From: a virus
Lineage: Duplodnaviria > Caudoviricetes
Reading direction: 5' to 3' (one strand)
IMG/VR virus record: IMGVR_UViG_3300037297_000386
Length of the DNA stretch: 64,000 bases
Below, piece after piece: positions 17,180-27,173 of this stretch (position 1 is its first letter; each line of letters begins with the position of its first letter). A program made the position numbers and the translations under genes. Under the pieces are notes generated by a model. The model ran no database searches. It worked only from the letters and a program-made list of their open reading frames with translations, and was not told the DNA's origin.

Positions 17180-19323
17180 TTAGATTTGAACCTCACGAAA
17201 GTGCGAACTGATCTTCTCCTAATAATAGATGTCGGCGTACGTATAGTTGGAAACTGAGGTCTCCACTTTTTTGCTAATGCATTAAGCAATCTCATAAACT
17301 CTCTTTTGCCAGACATTAAACTACCGGACGCTGAATCATGAACCAACGGGCAGAGAATCCCAAAATTCATAAATCCTTTACTTAATGCGTCTAAGCACAC
17401 GTCCGGGCCATAGAAATGCCATCCATCTAGGATCTTTTCATCGAATCTCAATCCAGAACTCTTTCTTATTATCATACAATGTTCATCTACCGTTTGCACA
17501 GGATAATATGTTGCACGTTTTGATGCCTGCCATTGCAAACTACCCTTCATATTATGTACTACACCGACTGTATCATCTCTTTTACTAATTCCTGCAGTAC
17601 CAAGAACACCCCATTTTTTTGTTCTCTTTTCAACTTCACTGATACGCTCAAACAACATGTCTACCCAATCTTCATAAAATAAGACATCTTGATGACATAA
17701 TACTACTATATCGCTACGTGCCCTATCGATACCAATATTAAGAGCCTGAGATGCTGAATATGGATTACCAAAATTAAATATAGGTATTATTTCATAATTA
17801 AGTTTAGTTTTACTTTTAAACAAGGATCCGGCAACATAATTCCTATATTGTACAACATTATTAACACATGTAACAAATGAAACATCTATTTTACTTAATC
17901 CTCTATCTTTATATTTTTGATATAATCCAAAATCACACTCTACTTTAGACATCCATCGTTCTTTAAACGCCTTAATACCGATTTGCTGTTTCTCTCCAGC
18001 AGTTTTGTGTTTATTCTGCGTTACACTTTCAGCATGGAAAACTACCGCATTGGCTGCATACAAAATATTTTTGCCGAGCCGATATTTTATTTTTAAACAT
18101 AGATCAACATCCTCATAACAAAAATAATATATCGGATCAAATCCACCAACAGAGTTGAAATCTGATTTGCTAATAAGTAAACAAGCAGCTGTTACTGCTT
18201 GATAGAATCTGTCTTGACGAGCAAATCCTTTTGAGAAAGAACTTAAGACCGCTTTACCTAAATTTGCTGGACCTTGTGGAATAAATGCTATACCAGCATG
18301 TTGTATCTTATTCTTATTATACATAAGTTTGGCGCCAACAATTCCTATTTTTTCATTGCGATGTATTTTAGATACCATTTCGTATAGCCAAAATGGTTGT
18401 GGCTCAGTATCATTATTTAAAAATAACAAATAATCCCCATTCGCAAATTCTACAAGTTCATTGTTAATTGATGAAAAAGAACCATCAACTGTGCCACGCT
18501 CAACTAATTTTATTCTAGAGTCTTCCCATGACTTAACCATACTTACCGTGTTGTCAGTAGATTCACTATCACCTATAATCCATTCCCAGTTTGGATATGA
18601 CGTATTAGCATCTAATGCCTTATAACATTTTTTGAGTAGTTCGGCACCATCTCTGGTGGGGGTTATAATACTAACCTTTGGAACATCTGATGACTTACGA
18701 ACAAGTACTTTCTCGGCATTTTCTGTAATTCTCTTTGCCCTATATGGTTTAAATCTCATTATCTTATTTTCCCTAACAACCGGCTTCTCCGGTCTTTTTC
18801 TCACTCTATCTCTGATACTTGGTAATGTAGATCTTTTATTAACTCTTGGCCTAGGTTTTTCAATATACTTCTTTTTAGATGGCACCCTTTCTAGTCTGGG
18901 TTCTTTTGGTATATTTGGACGGCCACCTATCTTTTCACATGTTATATGCTGTATAAAAACATTTCCAGTAGCATTATCTGGTCGCCACATTCTTAAATAC
19001 ATAGGTAAACTTTTTGGAAATTTTGGAACCGCAACAGCTACAGTATAATCGCGCATTTCTGAGCTAATAATATTTACTGATATTGGATTACCATCATAAT
19101 TTTTTCCCCCAAAAAAATTTACCAAAAGAGCACCATTACCGCTACTCTTACAAGCACGCACAGTAACTTTATATTGAATACTTTGATGAACAGAAATTGG
19201 CGCCATAATAATAGAATCGCGCCTCGGCATTGACACACATGTGATATTATTTCGTCTTATAGTTCGAATGGATCGCCCACGCCACCTGTACCCATTACCC
19301 CCTATTGCAATTGGTGCAGCCAA
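17176..19323 (-). CDS. Multidomain glycosyltransferase: beta-sandwich-like N-terminus, basic linker, GT2 domain, second GT-A (Glyco_tranf_2_5-like) domain
   Basis: TTG start 7 nt after GAGGAGG; VSIITPT, LFLNND, AVTAACLL, YEDVDLC; second domain VLCHQDV, VQTVDE, WHFYGPDVC. Confidence 0.85.
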   Translation of the reverse strand: MAAPIAIGGNGYRWRGRSIRTIRRNNITCVSMPRRDSIIMAPISVHQSIQYKVTVRACKSSGNGALLVNFFGGKNYDGNPISVNIISSEMRDYTVAVAVPKFPKSLPMYLRMWRPDNATGNVFIQHITCEKIGGRPNIPKEPRLERVPSKKKYIEKPRPRVNKRSTLPSIRDRVRKRPEKPVVRENKIMRFKPYRAKRITENAEKVLVRKSSDVPKVSIITPTRDGAELLKKCYKALDANTSYPNWEWIIGDSESTDNTVSMVKSWEDSRIKLVERGTVDGSFSSINNELVEFANGDYLLFLNNDTEPQPFWLYEMVSKIHRNEKIGIVGAKLMYNKNKIQHAGIAFIPQGPANLGKAVLSSFSKGFARQDRFYQAVTAACLLISKSDFNSVGGFDPIYYFCYEDVDLCLKIKYRLGKNILYAANAVVFHAESVTQNKHKTAGEKQQIGIKAFKERWMSKVECDFGLYQKYKDRGLSKIDVSFVTCVNNVVQYRNYVAGSLFKSKTKLNYEIIPIFNFGNPYSASQALNIGIDRARSDIVVLCHQDVLFYEDWVDMLFERISEVEKRTKKWGVLGTAGISKRDDTVGVVHNMKGSLQWQASKRATYYPVQTVDEHCMIIRKSSGLRFDEKILDGWHFYGPDVCLDALSKGFMNFGILCPLVHDSASGSLMSGKREFMRLLNALAKKWRPQFPTIRTPTSIIRRRSVRTFVRFKSK

Positions 19324-19360
19324 TGTATTGCCTCCTCGTAGGATTATATGTTTTGTTTTT

Positions 19361-20191
19361 TTAAGTAATTTTATATTCCATGAACCGATTATTACTTAAA
19401 TAAAGTTCAAGATCATTATAATAAAGACCAGTATACTTTTCCCTAAATGTCTCTATATTCTTACTAAACTTAGGGTTCTGTTTTCCATCCTTACTAATTC
19501 CTTCATGATGAATTAATACAGCATTTGGGTTAAATAAACATGTTTGATTCAGCTTGTTCTTTATATCAAGACAAAGTCCTATATCCTCATACATATAAAA
19601 AAAATCTTCTGAAAACCCACCGACACTTTCGAATGAATCCCTTCTTACCAACATACAGGCGCCAGTAACAGCTTGATAATATCTTGGAACTTTTACAAAA
19701 TTACCAACAGATGATAAATTCTGTCTATACATCATATGATATGGTAAACTGTTAGTTTTATTGCTGAAAAATACGCCACAGTGCTGTATCGTCTTCTTGT
19801 CCGGATACAATAAAAGAGCACCAACAATTCCTATTTTTGGATTCTTGTCCATAACTTGTGTCATATTTAACAACCAAGCATCATTCAACGGTTCAATGTC
19901 ATCATTCAAAAACAATATGTATTCAGAATTTCCTTCTAAAGCGGCTTCATTATTATTAGATGAAAAAGAACCATCATTATTATCATTAAAAATCGGCTCA
20001 ATTCGATCATTAAATAATATGTTATCTATAAACATAGAATCATGAATAATTTGTTTGACTTCTTTATTTGGATCATTTGCCCACAAATACCATTTATAAT
20101 CGACAAATTTTGTTTTTTCGGTTACAGAATTAAGACAAATCTTAAGCTTGTCTGTATTTCGAAATGTAGTCGTTATAATATCAACTGCCAT
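19361..20191 (-). CDS. GT2 family glycosyltransferase, paralog of the central domain of 17176..19323
   Basis: LFLNDDIEP, IGIVGA, IQHCG, AVTGACML, YEDIGLC. Confidence 0.85.
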   Translation of the reverse strand: MAVDIITTTFRNTDKLKICLNSVTEKTKFVDYKWYLWANDPNKEVKQIIHDSMFIDNILFNDRIEPIFNDNNDGSFSSNNNEAALEGNSEYILFLNDDIEPLNDAWLLNMTQVMDKNPKIGIVGALLLYPDKKTIQHCGVFFSNKTNSLPYHMMYRQNLSSVGNFVKVPRYYQAVTGACMLVRRDSFESVGGFSEDFFYMYEDIGLCLDIKNKLNQTCLFNPNAVLIHHEGISKDGKQNPKFSKNIETFREKYTGLYYNDLELYLSNNRFMEYKIT

Positions 20192-20208
20192 GTTGTACCT
20201 TTCCTATA

Positions 20209-20472
20209 TTACTCGCTAATTAAAGACCACCACTTATTATTTTGATTAAATTTAATTTGTTTTTGGTGACCCATTTTTGTAAATATATAGTTCATAATTT
20301 CTTCTATATGATAGGTAGTGTTTTGATGTTTTTCTAATTTAGGTATAATTTCTTCTAATTCTTTCCCAACTTTATTACATAAATTCTGTGAAATTTTATC
20401 CTTGAAAAGAACTGATACATCTCCAGTATCATCCCACCATTCTACAATCTCAAATCTTGGTCTATAAAACAT
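20209..20472 (-). CDS. Small hypothetical protein
   Basis: 87 aa after a GGAA RBS-like site; weakly similar to 21978..22316. Confidence 0.55.
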   Translation of the reverse strand: MFYRPRFEIVEWWDDTGDVSVLFKDKISQNLCNKVGKELEEIIPKLEKHQNTTYHIEEIMNYIFTKMGHQKQIKFNQNNKWWSLISE

Positions 20473-20487
20473 TCTATTTCCTTTCTT

Positions 20488-20709
20488 TCACCTGATATCG
20501 GCAATATCTATTATCATTTCATTTTTAAATTTTTCTATGGCATTGTTTAAAACAGGTTGATCTAATTTTGACATAAACCATTCTATAACTTTTGTAGATT
20601 GCGACTTAACTTGATCATATAATTCTCCATCAGCATTTACCAAACAACGCGCCAATATTTGCTTATCGATTGGAGTATAGTTCCCTAAAATATGGTCATT
20701 TATGACCAC
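20488..20709 (-). CDS. Small hypothetical protein (start uncertain; overlaps the tnpB 3' end)
   Basis: GTG start lies inside the tnpB terminal hairpin. Confidence 0.4.
   Translation of the reverse strand: MVINDHILGNYTPIDKQILARCLVNADGELYDQVKSQSTKVIEWFMSKLDQPVLNNAIEKFKNEMIIDIADIR
20693..20708. other. Perfect 7-bp inverted repeat at the tnpB stop (candidate right-end/omegaRNA hairpin)
   Basis: TGGTCAT-TT-ATGACCA on the + strand contains the tnpB TGA; its role as an element end is inferred. Confidence 0.5.
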
Positions 20710-21913
20710 TGGATTCTTGGGTAGAGGAGACTATAGGCTTCCCCCTTGAAACATTCCAATAGAAACCTTTTCTATTTTTATGCTTCAATCGTTGCTTCTG
20801 GCTAATAGCCATCAACGGCGTAGCGATATTACAAGCAGCGTTATAATCCGAATCGCACTTGAACTTACATGCTTCGCATTTAAATTGCTTACCTTTTCTA
20901 TTGCTACTACGAACCCAGCCACAATTTGAACACCTTTGTGAAGTGTAAGTAGGATTTGTGTAATTAATAGAACATCCATTAGATTTACATAAGTCTTCTA
21001 ACTTACGGTAGATTTCGGTGTAGGTAAAGTGGCTTAAGTATCTTGAGTATTTTGTTTTGTATCTTAAATATTTTATATTTTCTAATTTAAGTGTTTTAGT
21101 ATTATCCAGATTAATTTGATTAAGTGACCAGTTGATGTAATTAGTTCTATGCTGTTGGACTTTTAGGAAAGCCTTGGAAGCTTTGGTTTTCCTGGATAAC
21201 TTTTGATTTATTGTTTGTAAAGTATGGCCGTGTTTGCAAGGTTGCGAAGCAACGCCATTGGATAGGGTGAAGGTATTTAGTATTCCTATGTCTAATCCTA
21301 ATGGTTGTCCTGTTTGTTTAGGTTTGACTTCTGGTAAATCAAACACCAGGGTTATAGTTTTCTTGGAAAGCCTAAGGCCGGGTTTTAGCTGGCCGCCTGC
21401 GGCGGCTAGTTTATTAAAATGTTTAGTAGCTTTTACTGGAATAGGAATTTTTAATTTGTTTCCTAATGAAGTTATGGTAATTATACCATCAAACGATGTT
21501 TGATTCTGCCAGTCTTGTTTAATAAAGCGTGAATCTAATTCTGGTTCTACTTGGTTAATGTTAGGTTTAGAAACATTGGTTTCGTCTATTATAGATTTTA
21601 GTTTTCGTGCCTGTTTGGTTTTATTTTCTGCTAATAACTTGCTATAAACATACAAACGTTTTTGTTGTCTCCTACGAGTACCTCGCACTATACCGGAAGC
21701 TTGTTTGGCAGCGGCTTGAACAGCCCTGGCTGAAAGCCAGGTTGTGATTTGGGAAGTTGTGGTTTTAGGTAATAGTTTTGGGATATTAGGTTGAAGCCAA
21801 ACGATATCAATGAATTGGGAAACTACCCGACGATATTCGTCGATGAACAAGTTTAAATTATCCAATTTAATTTTATTAGTAAATTTTGTGGATAACTTGG
21901 TAGACTTGATCAT
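20696..21913 (-). mobile_element. tnpB: Solo TnpB (IS200/IS605/IS607 OrfB-type RNA-guided RuvC nuclease), no adjacent tnpA
   Basis: RuvC-I LGLDIG, RuvC-II KLENIK, zinc ribbon YTSQRCSNCG...FKCEACK, RuvC-III DSDYNAACNI; 405 aa; visibly more G+C-rich than its neighbours. Confidence 0.9.
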
Positions 21914-21977
21914 TGGGGGTTTCCTTATAATAATTTTATAAAATATTAATAGATTTGGCTATATTTGGGTATAAATA

Positions 21978-22316
21978 TTAGAAAAGAATATTATACCAAG
22001 GGACATCCTCTGTCATTTTACCATAACGAATAGTATGTGATAGTCTATTAGCAACAAATTCAACTATATTGACACGCCACTCGTCATTAGCAAGCTTAAA
22101 TATATAACCATTACGACACATTTCTTCCAGCACACAGGCTATCTTAATACGCATGGTATCTAACATATTATGTGTCATAGTCTCTCCTAAAAATTGTTTA
22201 CATATTTCATGCTCGATAGCTGGTAAAATAGGTACTAAATTATATTGATAACTGAACCATATACGCACTCCTCCCATAACATCGTCTCTCATAATATTAA
22301 ATTCAGGTAATTTCAT
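21978..22316 (-). CDS. Hypothetical protein
   Basis: 112-aa ORF after a GAAGAAAA purine tract. Confidence 0.6.
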   Translation of the reverse strand: MKLPEFNIMRDDVMGGVRIWFSYQYNLVPILPAIEHEICKQFLGETMTHNMLDTMRIKIACVLEEMCRNGYIFKLANDEWRVNIVEFVANRLSHTIRYGKMTEDVPWYNILF

Positions 22317-22326
22317 TATTTTTTTC

Positions 22327-23073
22327 TTAGATCAAATAATCTTCTATTTTCGGCAATTGGCAATCTTCTTGACCATTTTGAATCTTCAAAAATATTTCTC
22401 TATTTTTTTCATATAATTTTGACAAATTGGCACCTATAGCTTTAAACGTTTTATGCTCTTCATGATGTATTCCTAAATCTACAATGGCTCCCATCTTGTA
22501 TCCGAGCTTATCCAATATAATAGCATACATGGTATCTTCCCAATAACCTCTGCCAAAATTGGTCGGGAAAAGTCCAACTTGTTCAAACACACTCCTTTTA
22601 ACCATCATACACCATCCGACTGGATACTTAAATATTTTATTTTTAACAGTTTCTCTATTGGACTTAGGAATATACTGCCAATTTCTCTTACTAATAACAC
22701 CTACATCTGCTGATACAACATCATTTCCACCATTTTCTATACTATCAATCATTCTTTCAAGCCAACCATTTTTAGTAAATGTTATATCATTGTTTAACAG
22801 CAATATTAAATCATATTTTGCATTCGCTATACCAGTGTTTATAGAATGCGCAAATCCTACATTTTCCCTATTATGAATCCATTTTACATGTTTGTCGCAT
22901 TTCTTTTTTAATATTTCAACCAATTTTTTATTGGGAGAACAATCATCAACAATGATTAATTCGACATCTATATTGTATATATTTGTCATTATATAATCTA
23001 TACAATATTTTGTAATTAAAAAAAATCTATGATCTATAATATAAACAGGAATTACTATACTTACTTTTTTCAT
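22327..23073 (-). CDS. GT2 family glycosyltransferase
   Basis: VSIVIPVY, IIVDDCSP, NVGFAHSINTG, LLLNNDI, YWED; ATG 23073 in an ATGA overlap. Confidence 0.88.
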   Translation of the reverse strand: MKKVSIVIPVYIIDHRFFLITKYCIDYIMTNIYNIDVELIIVDDCSPNKKLVEILKKKCDKHVKWIHNRENVGFAHSINTGIANAKYDLILLLNNDITFTKNGWLERMIDSIENGGNDVVSADVGVISKRNWQYIPKSNRETVKNKIFKYPVGWCMMVKRSVFEQVGLFPTNFGRGYWEDTMYAIILDKLGYKMGAIVDLGIHHEEHKTFKAIGANLSKLYEKNREIFLKIQNGQEDCQLPKIEDYLI

Positions 23074-24269
23074 TTCGGCCACCAATTATATGTACCAGGA
23101 ATATAATGTTCAGATTTTCCTTCAACAGCATCTATCATAAGTTGAGCTGCGTATTCCCAACTAAATTTTCTGACCATTTTATCCATGTTAGGTTTAAATT
23201 TTTTCATTAATACATTGTGTTCTTTATAAGCTTTTTTCATTAATTCAGCAGTATGGTTTATATCAACTTCCCCTATCTGACTTCTAGGATCAAATGCCCA
23301 ATATTGTTCTACATTTTTAGCCGGCCGCAATTTTGTATTTATCAATAGAGAATTTTTTTTATCCATATAATCTAAATGTCCAGAATAATTTGGAACTATA
23401 TTTAGTAGCCCACAACTGAACGATTCAATTCCTGGCATAAAAAATCCTTCAGCCCCAGTGGTGCTGATATGACAATCACATGAATTATATATACTAGCTA
23501 CATTTTCAACATGTCCATCTAATAATTCAATTTCAGGAATATTTTTACCATGTTTTTTTACTAATTCTCTAAACACATCTCCCAAAATTATTTCAAATGC
23601 CTTACGACCTTTTGGATTGTTTTGCATATGATAAATTCCATCCGAATGTCTGTATACTTTTGTCTTCAAAACAAGACAAACATCATCTTTTTTAGTAAAT
23701 GCTCTGCAGTACGCATCTAGAAGTGCTGGAATATTTTTTCTATAATGTGGCGCAACTACCGAAACAAACTTATATTTTTTTCTTGTACGTAATTTAATCT
23801 TTGAAATATTTGGATTAAATACTCTTGTGTCAACACCATGCGGTATAACATATATTTTTTCTTGTGGTATTCTATTAATATGAAATATTTCAGCTGAGAA
23901 ATTTGAGCTAGGAAAATAATAATCCACTATATAATAGAATTGGGCCCATTTTGGATCCCAATAATGTGTTTCATAATTATAAATTGCGCACTTGTGTTTG
24001 GAATTAGTGAGGAATCGCTTTGGAAAATTAGAGGGTACAGTATAACAAAAATCCATATCTATTGGCCGCCGTCCAATCCCGAATTTTTGAAGAGCTATTG
24101 TAGACTCTATCATCTTTTTTTCAGTAAAATATGGGTCACTATTACGAATACCATTAGTAGATATCGTATACACATTGTGCCCTAATTCTTCTAGAGCCTG
24201 ACACAATCTTGCAGAAACATAGGCCCACGATAACATTCCTTGGATCCATGTATAAGTTCTTATATTCAT
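23070..24269 (-). CDS. GT4 family (GT-B) glycosyltransferase
   Basis: VIPHGVD, RKNIPALLDAY, EGFFMPGIESFSCG, VPNYSGHLDY; AAGGAGAG RBS. Confidence 0.85.
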   Translation of the reverse strand: MNIRTYTWIQGMLSWAYVSARLCQALEELGHNVYTISTNGIRNSDPYFTEKKMIESTIALQKFGIGRRPIDMDFCYTVPSNFPKRFLTNSKHKCAIYNYETHYWDPKWAQFYYIVDYYFPSSNFSAEIFHINRIPQEKIYVIPHGVDTRVFNPNISKIKLRTRKKYKFVSVVAPHYRKNIPALLDAYCRAFTKKDDVCLVLKTKVYRHSDGIYHMQNNPKGRKAFEIILGDVFRELVKKHGKNIPEIELLDGHVENVASIYNSCDCHISTTGAEGFFMPGIESFSCGLLNIVPNYSGHLDYMDKKNSLLINTKLRPAKNVEQYWAFDPRSQIGEVDINHTAELMKKAYKEHNVLMKKFKPNMDKMVRKFSWEYAAQLMIDAVEGKSEHYIPGTYNWWPK

Positions 24270-24347
24270 TGAACTTTTCTCTCCTTAAATTTTGAACAAG
24301 ATTCCAAGCTCTTATTCAAATACATTATACACCAATTATGCTAAAAG

Positions 24348-27173
24348 TTACACTAGTGTTAATAATTCTTGAAGTCTAGAAGAAGTTACCGAAACTTCGT
24401 CATTTATAAACCCAGCTTTTTTCAAATACACTGTGAGAACAATTTTAGTCCGCAATTCTGGACGAGTGACAATATTCCTAATATTATTTGCTCGTATTCT
24501 TAATATTCCAGAATTCTGTGTATATAATACGGCAACAGTTGTTTCAATTGCCTCATACCCGTCAACCGATTGAAAATCATAACCATCTGAATCCTTAACA
24601 AATGATTGCACACTAGGAATTATTTTTACCTGATTCGCATCAAGAGCTCCACTAGTTACTAGCGTACCATCATAAAAATACATTTGATTTTTAACGAAAT
24701 TACTAAATACATCTACCTCTCCTTGCGTTGATCCCTCCGGAAGATCAATGACAATACTATTAATTTCTAAGTCAATTGGATATGTTGTTCCATCTACTGA
24801 TAATATATCTCCACCTAACAATACATCTCCTGGAATAAATGACGTGTTTTTACCACCCGTTGGAATATCTGATGTTATATCACTAGATTCTAATTGAGTA
24901 AATGTTTTTGGAATAAATCTTCTCAAATCGGTCAGTTCTAAATTATATGAAAACCAAAGTGGAACAAAGTCGATCCTAAATCCAATAGAATTAAATGGCA
25001 CAGCATTAAATGAACTATCCAATGATAGTATATTAGGAGTAGTAGTAAGTGGATTGGTCAAATTCTCTACTGTTAGTACTGCACGAGTAAAAGTACTTCC
25101 AGCCGTAAATCCGGTACCAAGAGCAATATTTTGTTGAATCATCTGCGGATCAAAAATGTTTATATATCCATTGTCAGTTACATCGGCCCTTAAAATTTCT
25201 TCGATCGTAACTGTACTAGACACTATAGCATTTCTTTGATCTATTGAAGCCAGTGAACCAGATTCTAGGTCTTTCCCATATCCATCTAATGCTTGGGCTC
25301 GAGCCACATCGTTAAGGTCTATTAAACCATCCCCATTAACATCGCCATAAGCATCAGTAAATATTTCTGTTTTTATAATACGATATTTTAAATCCGGTTC
25401 ATTAACATTTGGAACTAAGATTGATCCGATAAGATTATTCAGTGTTATATCTGAATTAGGCTGTATAATTGTAAATGTGTTGGATCTAACTAAACCAGGA
25501 AATTCAGTATAACCACTAATAGATGGATTGTCTACTGGATTTGTGTCTACTACAGATCCTATTATAATAGGTTCATTACCTGCATCAATTAATGTTGTCA
25601 AATCTGTTTCTGATATAATGGATACATCTGGCACATCTTTGATACGGGTGAATACTAAATTACCTGTTGATGGATGAGGAACACTATCTGTATATTCTAC
25701 AGATTTTTGTAACACGACATAATTGTTTGCTGTTGACGAGACATCTATCAGACTGTGATGCCCTTCTATATATGACTCATCCAAATTAGTTGTTGTATTC
25801 TTAGAAACACGTGGAGATGTTATTCGAACACCACTATCAAAGGCTGTCCCATCAGTTATTCTTACCGCATTAGTATAAACTTTAAACCACAAGTCACTTT
25901 CAGGTACATCAACCCACTTATTTTGAGAAAATATTGACATTCTCATCTCATCAGTATCAGTTGGTGCAGCATTTGTATTGGCCGCTTCTTGTAAAATAAC
26001 ATTTCCAACACTAATATTACCAGAACGACGTATAGTGATTATATAATATTTACCCACTTCAATATTTGGTTCAATATTAGGATTCGCTAATAATGACTGG
26101 GTAAATATAAAATCTACTATCTGAGGAGAATCTGTTAATGCAATACCTAACTCAGCCAACTCATCTTGATCAAAGGATACCTCTGCAATAGGAGATGGTT
26201 GCGGATCAAACTCTATCGATGTATTAGGAATCGTATCAGTGGGACACGTTGTCGTAGTTTGTAAAGCTCTTACACCTACAACAATATCTCCAGACCAATC
26301 AAATTCATGTCCTGGTAATGCTAAAGTGTTTTCTTCAATTGATAATAGAATAGATATTTTTTGTATATTATTTGTAGTCGCCTTAAATTTTTGCCCAATA
26401 ATTAGCCCAGTGCTATCATTTGCAGAAAGACCACGTGTCGTTGTAGCTGTAACATTAATTTTTAAGTCATCAGCATCTAATGACTCTGTATCAGCAATTT
26501 CATCTAATAAAATATCCAATGTTTTTGAAGCTGTTGCTGGTTTAAAATTAACATAATTCATATTTGGTTCTACAGATTGTTCAGCCATAATAGGATCTCT
26601 GGCCAGTGTCATTGGTAATGATTCTAATATTCGTAACCGACCACTGTAATTTCGACTTTTTATACCATCAATAGTTGTATTTTGATTGCCCCTAAAATCC
26701 TGTGCCATTATAGCGACTATATTTGTGAAATATTGTCTAGTTAGCTGTGATTCATTTTGTTCAAACACAATAACTTCATGAATAAAACCGCCTCCAAATG
26801 TTTGTCCAAATAAAAACACTTTTGTCGTTGGAGTTCCATCTAGCGACGAACTAGATAATTCGACTTCTAATTGATTACCAGAGGAACTATCTGATGGCTG
26901 TTCATATACAGTGAGACCAAATGTATCAACCGGATAAATCGGCTCACCGTCAAAATTTTGATTATTAATCAAGCTTTGTACTGAAGAGGGCACATCGTTT
27001 GTGTCAAATAAAACTCTTTGGACCGCAAACTCTTGTTCGATCCCACTGCCAGCTTGAAAATCAGTATTATTGGCAAGACTATCATGCCATGCAGCCTGTT
27101 CAACATCCATATCTGTCTCATTAATTTCTTGCCCATCATAATAATTAACATATGGAAGTATAGATCTAGTCAT
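24348..27173 (-). CDS. Baseplate-associated virion protein with a dockerin-like paired EF-hand
   Basis: Last gene of the tail module; GDVNGDGLIDLND and ADVTDNGYINIFD repeats; acidic and beta-rich. Confidence 0.65.
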   Translation of the reverse strand: MTRSILPYVNYYDGQEINETDMDVEQAAWHDSLANNTDFQAGSGIEQEFAVQRVLFDTNDVPSSVQSLINNQNFDGEPIYPVDTFGLTVYEQPSDSSSGNQLEVELSSSSLDGTPTTKVFLFGQTFGGGFIHEVIVFEQNESQLTRQYFTNIVAIMAQDFRGNQNTTIDGIKSRNYSGRLRILESLPMTLARDPIMAEQSVEPNMNYVNFKPATASKTLDILLDEIADTESLDADDLKINVTATTTRGLSANDSTGLIIGQKFKATTNNIQKISILLSIEENTLALPGHEFDWSGDIVVGVRALQTTTTCPTDTIPNTSIEFDPQPSPIAEVSFDQDELAELGIALTDSPQIVDFIFTQSLLANPNIEPNIEVGKYYIITIRRSGNISVGNVILQEAANTNAAPTDTDEMRMSIFSQNKWVDVPESDLWFKVYTNAVRITDGTAFDSGVRITSPRVSKNTTTNLDESYIEGHHSLIDVSSTANNYVVLQKSVEYTDSVPHPSTGNLVFTRIKDVPDVSIISETDLTTLIDAGNEPIIIGSVVDTNPVDNPSISGYTEFPGLVRSNTFTIIQPNSDITLNNLIGSILVPNVNEPDLKYRIIKTEIFTDAYGDVNGDGLIDLNDVARAQALDGYGKDLESGSLASIDQRNAIVSSTVTIEEILRADVTDNGYINIFDPQMIQQNIALGTGFTAGSTFTRAVLTVENLTNPLTTTPNILSLDSSFNAVPFNSIGFRIDFVPLWFSYNLELTDLRRFIPKTFTQLESSDITSDIPTGGKNTSFIPGDVLLGGDILSVDGTTYPIDLEINSIVIDLPEGSTQGEVDVFSNFVKNQMYFYDGTLVTSGALDANQVKIIPSVQSFVKDSDGYDFQSVDGYEAIETTVAVLYTQNSGILRIRANNIRNIVTRPELRTKIVLTVYLKKAGFINDEVSVTSSRLQELLTLV

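Noticed and set aside
20300-22400. TnpB ORF as Cas12f/Cas14 with a CRISPR array
   Set aside because: No repeat-spacer array or cas1/cas2 nearby or elsewhere in the window; the flanks are ordinary ORFs.
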